NCBI GenBank assembly: GCA_037137755.1
Contig: JBAXJR010000039.1
Coordinates: 1 to 21,618, forward strand
Origin: Methanomicrobiales archaeon
GTDB taxonomy: Archaea > Halobacteriota > Methanomicrobia > Methanomicrobiales > Methanospirillaceae
Direction of reading: 5' to 3'
Length of the DNA stretch: 21,618 bases
The translations under genes and the position numbers were made by a program. The notes under the pieces are model-generated. The model made no database searches. It was not told where the DNA came from and worked only from the letters and a program-made list of their open reading frames with translations. Shown here piece by piece: positions 16,481-21,618 of the stretch (position 1 is the stretch's first letter; each line of letters begins with the position of its first letter).

Positions 16481-18641
16481 CTTTTTTTAATGGAAACCTG
16501 CTGCCCCGCCTTTCATACATCTTTTCAAGTTCCCCTGCCATGGTATCCGCATCAATGGCCGGATAGGAGCAAGCATGGTTTTTGCAGATATAGGCGGTTG
16601 CTTTCCCACCGCTTTCTTTCATCTCTCCTGTGAATCCTGATATACGGTCGATTTCGAACGGTCCGTCTCCTCCAGGCCGATGGAGGACTACAAGAGACGG
16701 GAAATACCGGGAATTTATTGCTGCATTCATGGCAACTGTGCCGGGTGCCCTGGCATCGCCGACTATTACCACGCTTGCTGCCGGACCAAGAGCAAAATCA
16801 AGGGATGAAAGGAATTCCGTATACGCTGAAGGTGAACGTTCAACAAGCGTCGAGAAGGCCCCTGCAAGGTCCCATGCCCGTGCATGGTAGTCCTTATTGG
16901 TGGTCATCAGCCCGAGCCGCACAAGATTTTTCATTGCTATGGAGTTGACCGATGGGAGCGCACCATCATAGATCTCCTTCTGGCGGACAAGGAGGCCCGC
17001 CTCGTCCTCGTGAGATGTAAAATATCCCCCGGTTCTGCCATCAAGGAAATGATTCGTGAAATATTCCTCGATCCCGATCGCTGCCTCCAGGTATTCCGGC
17101 ATACACGTAAGTTCATACAGGTCCAGGAGCCCTGCACAGAAATACGCGTAGTCAGATGCAACCCCGCGGATGCCAACCTGTCCATCCCTGTACCGGTGGA
17201 AGAGCTCCCCGGACCGGGACCGCATCGTAGCGAGGATGAAATCCGCGGCACCGGTTGCTGCTTCCATATACCAGGGATTCCCGAATGCTCGGGCAGCACG
17301 TGAAAGTGCCGAGATAACAAGACCGTTCCAGTCAGTCAGTACCTTGTCATCTCTGAGGGGCGGGACACGGTTCTTCCGGTATGCGAAAAGGCGTTCCCGT
17401 GTACGTGAAAGCGTCGGGAGATATTCTTCTTCCGGTACACGGGCAATTTTTGCCAGCTGTTCCGGTGAAGCGGTGAGGTGCAGGATATTCTCCCCTGTCC
17501 GTTTCCCGGTATCAGGTGCGGAAAAATTCCCTTCAGATTTTACATTGTAGGCGCTGATAAACGCGGGTGCATCATCGCCGAGCACCTCTTCGACCTCCCT
17601 CTTTCTCCAGAGGTAGAATTTCCCTTCAATTCCTTCGCTGTCTGCGTCTTCGGCCGAAAAAAATCCTCCCTTGGGATCATGCATATCGCGGAGGAGGTAC
17701 GTAAGGACCTCCTCTGCCGTTGTCCGGAATGACATGGTACCTGTCGCGAGGTATGCTTCTGTATAGGCGGTCACGAGCAATGCCTGGTCGTACAGCATTT
17801 TCTCAAAATGTGGTACGAGCCACGTAGAGTCTGTTGAATACCGGTGGAACCCGTACCCTAGATGGTCATACATTCCCCCAGCTGACATTGCGTGAAGTGT
17901 TTTATCAGCCATCGCGAGTGCATTTTCTTTACCCGTCCTCCTCCAGTACCGGAGAAGAAACGATATGGTGTGGGGTGTAGGGAATTTCGGTGCACTGGAA
18001 AACCCCCCGTTGCCCGCATCGAACCGCAGTGCAAGGTCGTGGTATGCGGCATGGAGGAGCGTTTCGGTCGCTGGCTGACCCGCCCTTGTTCTCTCCCCGT
18101 GTTGAAGGGCACGGGTAATCTTTTCTACCGTTTCCCTGATATCGCCCCGCCGGGTTTTCCAGAAGGTCTCGATAGCGGGAATGAGGTCAATGAGACCATT
18201 CGACCCGAACCTGCTCTCCTTCGGGATATAGGTCGCCGCAAAAAAGGGTTCTTTTTCGGGTGTCATAATGATGGTGAGCGGCCAGCCGCCCGATCCCGTG
18301 AGTGCCTGGGCAACTGAAATATAGAGTGCATCAATGTCAGGACGCTCTTCCCTGTCTACCTTGATGCAAATAAACGCCCTGTTCAGCAGGGCGGCCACTT
18401 CACCGTCCTCGAATGATTCATGCGCCATCACGTGACACCAGTGGCAGGTTGAATACCCGACCGAGAGGAACACCGGGCGGTCCTGCACCTTTGCCAGCTG
18501 GAATGCCTCATCCCCCCACGGGTACCATTCAACCGGGTTGTATGCATGCTGGAGCAGGTAAGGGCTGCTTTCCCCGGAGAGCCTGTTCGGGCGTTGAGGC
18601 CCTTTTTTCCCTGCAGGACCCTTGTTTTCATGGGACGGCAT
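16467..18641 (-). CDS. YyaL/SSP411-like thioredoxin-domain protein with alpha/alpha-toroid domain
   Basis: [74 protein letters not shown] and [12 protein letters not shown]. Confidence 0.95.
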   Translation of the reverse strand: MPSHENKGPAGKKGPQRPNRLSGESSPYLLQHAYNPVEWYPWGDEAFQLAKVQDRPVFLSVGYSTCHWCHVMAHESFEDGEVAALLNRAFICIKVDREERPDIDALYISVAQALTGSGGWPLTIIMTPEKEPFFAATYIPKESRFGSNGLIDLIPAIETFWKTRRGDIRETVEKITRALQHGERTRAGQPATETLLHAAYHDLALRFDAGNGGFSSAPKFPTPHTISFLLRYWRRTGKENALAMADKTLHAMSAGGMYDHLGYGFHRYSTDSTWLVPHFEKMLYDQALLVTAYTEAYLATGTMSFRTTAEEVLTYLLRDMHDPKGGFFSAEDADSEGIEGKFYLWRKREVEEVLGDDAPAFISAYNVKSEGNFSAPDTGKRTGENILHLTASPEQLAKIARVPEEEYLPTLSRTRERLFAYRKNRVPPLRDDKVLTDWNGLVISALSRAARAFGNPWYMEAATGAADFILATMRSRSGELFHRYRDGQVGIRGVASDYAYFCAGLLDLYELTCMPEYLEAAIGIEEYFTNHFLDGRTGGYFTSHEDEAGLLVRQKEIYDGALPSVNSIAMKNLVRLGLMTTNKDYHARAWDLAGAFSTLVERSPSAYTEFLSSLDFALGPAASVVIVGDARAPGTVAMNAAINSRYFPSLVVLHRPGGDGPFEIDRISGFTGEMKESGGKATAYICKNHACSYPAIDADTMAGELEKMYERRGSRFPLKKVRDF

Positions 18642-18818
18642 ACCCGTCCATTGGTCACGAGCTTATTTCTGTATTTCCCAAGGGTATGTTAATGGGACTA
18701 AAAAACAGACCTTTTCCGGAGGGTAGTCTCCCTGTGGGATATGGTAAGCATTGGGCAACCATGGTGTGGCTTTACAACGGGGTGTAGTGACCAGTAACTG
18801 ACACCCTGGTTGTCCTGT

Positions 18819-18834
18819 AAAAAAATAAAAGAAG
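18819..18834 (-). terminator. Probable archaeal oligo-U terminator of the cyclophilin gene
   Basis: The minus strand reads TCTTCTTTTATTTTTTT immediately after the stop codon at 18838. Confidence 0.45.
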
Positions 18835-18837
18835 ACC

Positions 18838-19308
18838 TTACTGAATCGTTGCCTTGATAATTTTTACCGTCGTTTTTGGCCTGTCACTGGCATCCTTCGG
18901 GACTTTTGCGAGCTTATCCACCACGTCCATCCCGGATGTGACCTTTCCGAAGGCCGGGTGGCGGCCGTCAAGGAAGTTGTTATTTACCAGGTTGATGAAA
19001 AACTGGCTCCCTCCTGTGTTCGGTCCGGAATTTGCCATCGAAATGGTACCGCGGTTGTTTTTGCTGGGGGGTGTAAATTCATCGCGGATTGCATAACCCG
19101 GTCCTCCGCACCCGGTTCCGGTCGGGTCCCCGCCCTGGATCATAAAACCGTCGATGATCCGGTGGAAGATGACCCCGTCATAATATCCCTCTTTTACGAG
19201 CTTTTCAAAATTCCCTGCAGTGATTGGCATGTTGTTGTCGAGTTCAATAGAAATAGTTCCCATCGTCGTCTCAAGAACCGCAATGCGTGGTTTTCCACCA
19301 TCAGTCAT
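18838..19308 (-). CDS. Cyclophilin-type peptidyl-prolyl cis-trans isomerase
   Basis: YYDGVIFHRIIDGFMIQGGDPTGTG, SMANSGPNTGGSQFFI, FLDGRHPAFGKV. Confidence 0.96.
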   Translation of the reverse strand: MTDGGKPRIAVLETTMGTISIELDNNMPITAGNFEKLVKEGYYDGVIFHRIIDGFMIQGGDPTGTGCGGPGYAIRDEFTPPSKNNRGTISMANSGPNTGGSQFFINLVNNNFLDGRHPAFGKVTSGMDVVDKLAKVPKDASDRPKTTVKIIKATIQ

Positions 19309-19475
19309 GTATATACAATCGTTTCCGGACTGCTATTAACCTTCCATTCGTACTGATAATGATATGTTCCGGTTACAGCCAGGGGAATGTTCCCGTGATT
19401 GGGGACGAAGACTCCGGAAACCTCGTACTCATACCGCGAGATATTTCCGATCTGTTTTCCTAATGGTAAACAAGA

Positions 19476-21618
19476 ATGCCGCAGGAGACCGGAGCTGGGA
19501 ATGAAGGCAGCGGAAAACGCCTTACTCCCGTAATGGAGCAATATCATACGCTCAAGAAAGAATGCGGCGCCTCGATACTCTTCTTCCAGATCGGCGATTT
19601 TTACGAGACCTTCTGGACCGATGCAGAGGTGGTCTCGAGGGAGCTCGATATCGTCCTGACCTCCCGTTCAAAAGGCTCAGACGGAGAAAAGATCCCGCTT
19701 GCAGGTGTTCCGTGCCATGCGTTCGATGCGTACATCGCGCGCCTTGTCAGGAAGGGTTACCGCGTGGCGGTCGTCGACCAGGTGGGTGACCCGAAAGAGT
19801 CAAAAGGGATCGTAAAAAGGCAGCTCACCCGTGTGATTACACCCGGGACCGTGATCGATCCATCAATGGTCCCCTCAACTGCTGCCGCATATCTCATGGC
19901 CGTTGCTGAAGACAGCACTGCCGGGGTCGTGTCAGCGGCATTTCTTGATATCACTACCGGGGAGTTTTTCTACTCTGTATGCCCGAAGGAGAACCGTTTC
20001 CAGTCACTTGATGCAGAAATTGCGAAGTATCACCCCGGGGAATGCATAGTTTCACCGGGGACTGACCCCCTGGCGATCACCCTTATCAGGGACCGCGGGG
20101 TCCCTGTGACACAGTGGAAGCAGGAAGTATTCGGTCTTGAGAGGGCAAAAGAGGTGTTGATGTCGCATTTTCATGTGGCATCGCTTGACGGGTTCGGCCT
20201 CTTATCCCGGGGATCGGCGGTCAGGGCACTGGGGGGAGCGTTATCGTATGCAAAAGAGACGCAGGGGAAAGAACTGCCGCATATCACGGGTATTTCTGAC
20301 CGCACGGTCACCGGTACCATGGTGCTCGACGCCGTAACGCTCCGAAACCTCGAAGTGCTCAACAATATCCGTGACGGGGGGGAGGACGGGACCCTGAAAA
20401 AGACTCTTGACCTGACAAAGACCCCCATGGGGAGCCGCCTTCTTGTCCGGTGCCTTACCAACCCACTCCTTGACCATGAAGAGATCAATGCACGCCTTGA
20501 TGCGGTTGCTTATTTTGCCTCGCATGCACCCGTCCGTGCTGCTCTCCGTGACCTGTTATCCCGGTGCAGTGACATCTCCCGAATTGCCGGCAGGATATCC
20601 TATGGAAACGCAGGTCCCCGTGACCTCTTCACCCTGTCCTGGTCGCTCCGGGCAATCCCTGAGATCAGGTCGCTGATCGAGACAGGGACTGATGATCTTC
20701 CCCGGGCGATACGAAATGCACTATTGTCCCTTATGGACCATCGTGCAACAATTGACCTCATCCAGCGGGCAATTGTGGACGACCCCCCGGCAACGGTAAA
20801 GAATGGCATGGTGATCAGGGAAGGCTATGACAGCGAGCTTGACGACCTGAGGGGTGTATCAGGGTCAGGAAAAGACTGGATTGTACAGCTACAGCAGGAA
20901 GAACGGGCCACAACCGGGATCAAGTCCTTAAAAGTTGGCTATAATTCTGTATTCGGGTATTACATCGAGGTAACAAAGCCAAACCTCAGCCTTGTCCCGC
21001 CATCCTATGAGAGGAAACAGACCACGTCGACGGGTGAACGGTTCACCATCCCATCCCTCCGGGAGAAGGAGGCAAGTATTGCCAATGCTGACGAACGGCT
21101 GCTCGCACGGGAGGCCGTCCTCTATTCAGCCCTCCTCCGTGAACTGCAGGAGGCGGTGCCGGCAGTCCAGTCCTCTGCGGATGGTATCGGGCACCTCGAC
21201 CTGTTCGCGGCCCTCGCTGAATCCGCCCGCAAATACCAGTATATAAGGCCGAAAGTAGATCCCGGGAACCGGCATCTCATCAGGGAAGGACGGCATCCGG
21301 TTGTAGAGTACCGGATGACCGGTGGTTTTGTCCCAAATGATGTCATGATTGATGCGGCCGGTGAACAGGTACTGATCATCACCGGGGCGAACATGGCCGG
21401 GAAATCCACCTACATGCGCTCCGTTGCCCTGATTACCATCATGGCCCAGATGGGGAGTTTTGTTCCGGCGTCCTATGCAGAGATCGGGGTCGTTGACAGG
21501 ATTTTTACCAGGGTCGGTGCCTTTGATGACCTGGCCTCCGGCCAGTCGACATTCATGGTCGAGATGATAGAACTCGCGAATATCTTAAACAACGTGACAA
21601 AAAAGAGCCTGGTGATCC
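19476..21618 (+). CDS. mutS: DNA mismatch repair protein MutS (MutS1), partial; runs off the right edge
   Basis: Not in the ORF track because it has no stop in the window. From ATG 19476: MPQETGAGNEGSGKRLTPVMEQY...FFQIGDFYETF (F-x-E mismatch motif)...LAGVPCH...RVITPGT...GRHPVVE...TGANMAGKSTYMR (Walker A, same frame)...FTRVGAFDDLASGQSTFMVEM. Confidence 0.97.
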   Translation, partial: MPQETGAGNEGSGKRLTPVMEQYHTLKKECGASILFFQIGDFYETFWTDAEVVSRELDIVLTSRSKGSDGEKIPLAGVPCHAFDAYIARLVRKGYRVAVVDQVGDPKESKGIVKRQLTRVITPGTVIDPSMVPSTAAAYLMAVAEDSTAGVVSAAFLDITTGEFFYSVCPKENRFQSLDAEIAKYHPGECIVSPGTDPLAITLIRDRGVPVTQWKQEVFGLERAKEVLMSHFHVASLDGFGLLSRGSAVRALGGALSYAKETQGKELPHITGISDRTVTGTMVLDAVTLRNLEVLNNIRDGGEDGTLKKTLDLTKTPMGSRLLVRCLTNPLLDHEEINARLDAVAYFASHAPVRAALRDLLSRCSDISRIAGRISYGNAGPRDLFTLSWSLRAIPEIRSLIETGTDDLPRAIRNALLSLMDHRATIDLIQRAIVDDPPATVKNGMVIREGYDSELDDLRGVSGSGKDWIVQLQQEERATTGIKSLKVGYNSVFGYYIEVTKPNLSLVPPSYERKQTTSTGERFTIPSLREKEASIANADERLLAREAVLYSALLRELQEAVPAVQSSADGIGHLDLFAALAESARKYQYIRPKVDPGNRHLIREGRHPVVEYRMTGGFVPNDVMIDAAGEQVLIITGANMAGKSTYMRSVALITIMAQMGSFVPASYAEIGVVDRIFTRVGAFDDLASGQSTFMVEMIELANILNNVTKKSLVI

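Noticed and set aside
19720-19735. CGTTCGATGCGTACAT resembling repeat block A
   Set aside because: It lies inside the mutS coding sequence (AFDAYI), needs a gap to align and has no block B, so it is likely coincidental.
19562-21409. Several short ORFs in the track over 19.5-21.4 kb
   Set aside because: All are alternative-frame or antisense shadows of the long mutS reading frame.
1-21618. Selenocysteine or pyrrolysine read-through
   Set aside because: No recognised gene is interrupted by an in-frame TGA or TAG at a conserved position. The only broken gene, arsP, is explained by a frameshift.

Overview
The window looks like chromosomal DNA of a methanogenic archaeon, probably Methanomicrobiales. 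This is inferred from the DUF1890/DUF1894-like pair, the TRHDILNQL-type histidine kinase and the MutS1 gene. The left part (about 540-6050) is a visibly AT-richer accessory block carrying an orphan membrane histidine kinase, a SAM methyltransferase and a divergent arsR / DGC Zn-protein / arsP module, with arsP broken by a 1-nt frameshift. A partial lipoprotein alpha/beta-hydrolase lies at the left edge. These modules are separated by copies of a degenerate, bipartite ~110-bp non-coding direct repeat (about 700-740, 2590-2708, 3708-3826, 5966-6031). This cassette-like layout is the most unusual feature here. The rest is housekeeping/metabolic: cutA, DUF1890, DUF1894, 2-oxoacid:ferredoxin oxidoreductase alpha/beta, a DUF2179-type membrane protein, an aldehyde (P5C-type) dehydrogenase, a HAD hydrolase, a duplicated-domain lipoprotein, an MBL-rhodanese fusion, a PNPOx-like flavoprotein, a YyaL-like thioredoxin-domain protein, a cyclophilin and a 3'-truncated mutS. 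No rRNA, tRNA, CRISPR array, transposase or integrase was recognised. All family calls come from motif recognition by eye, without database searches.
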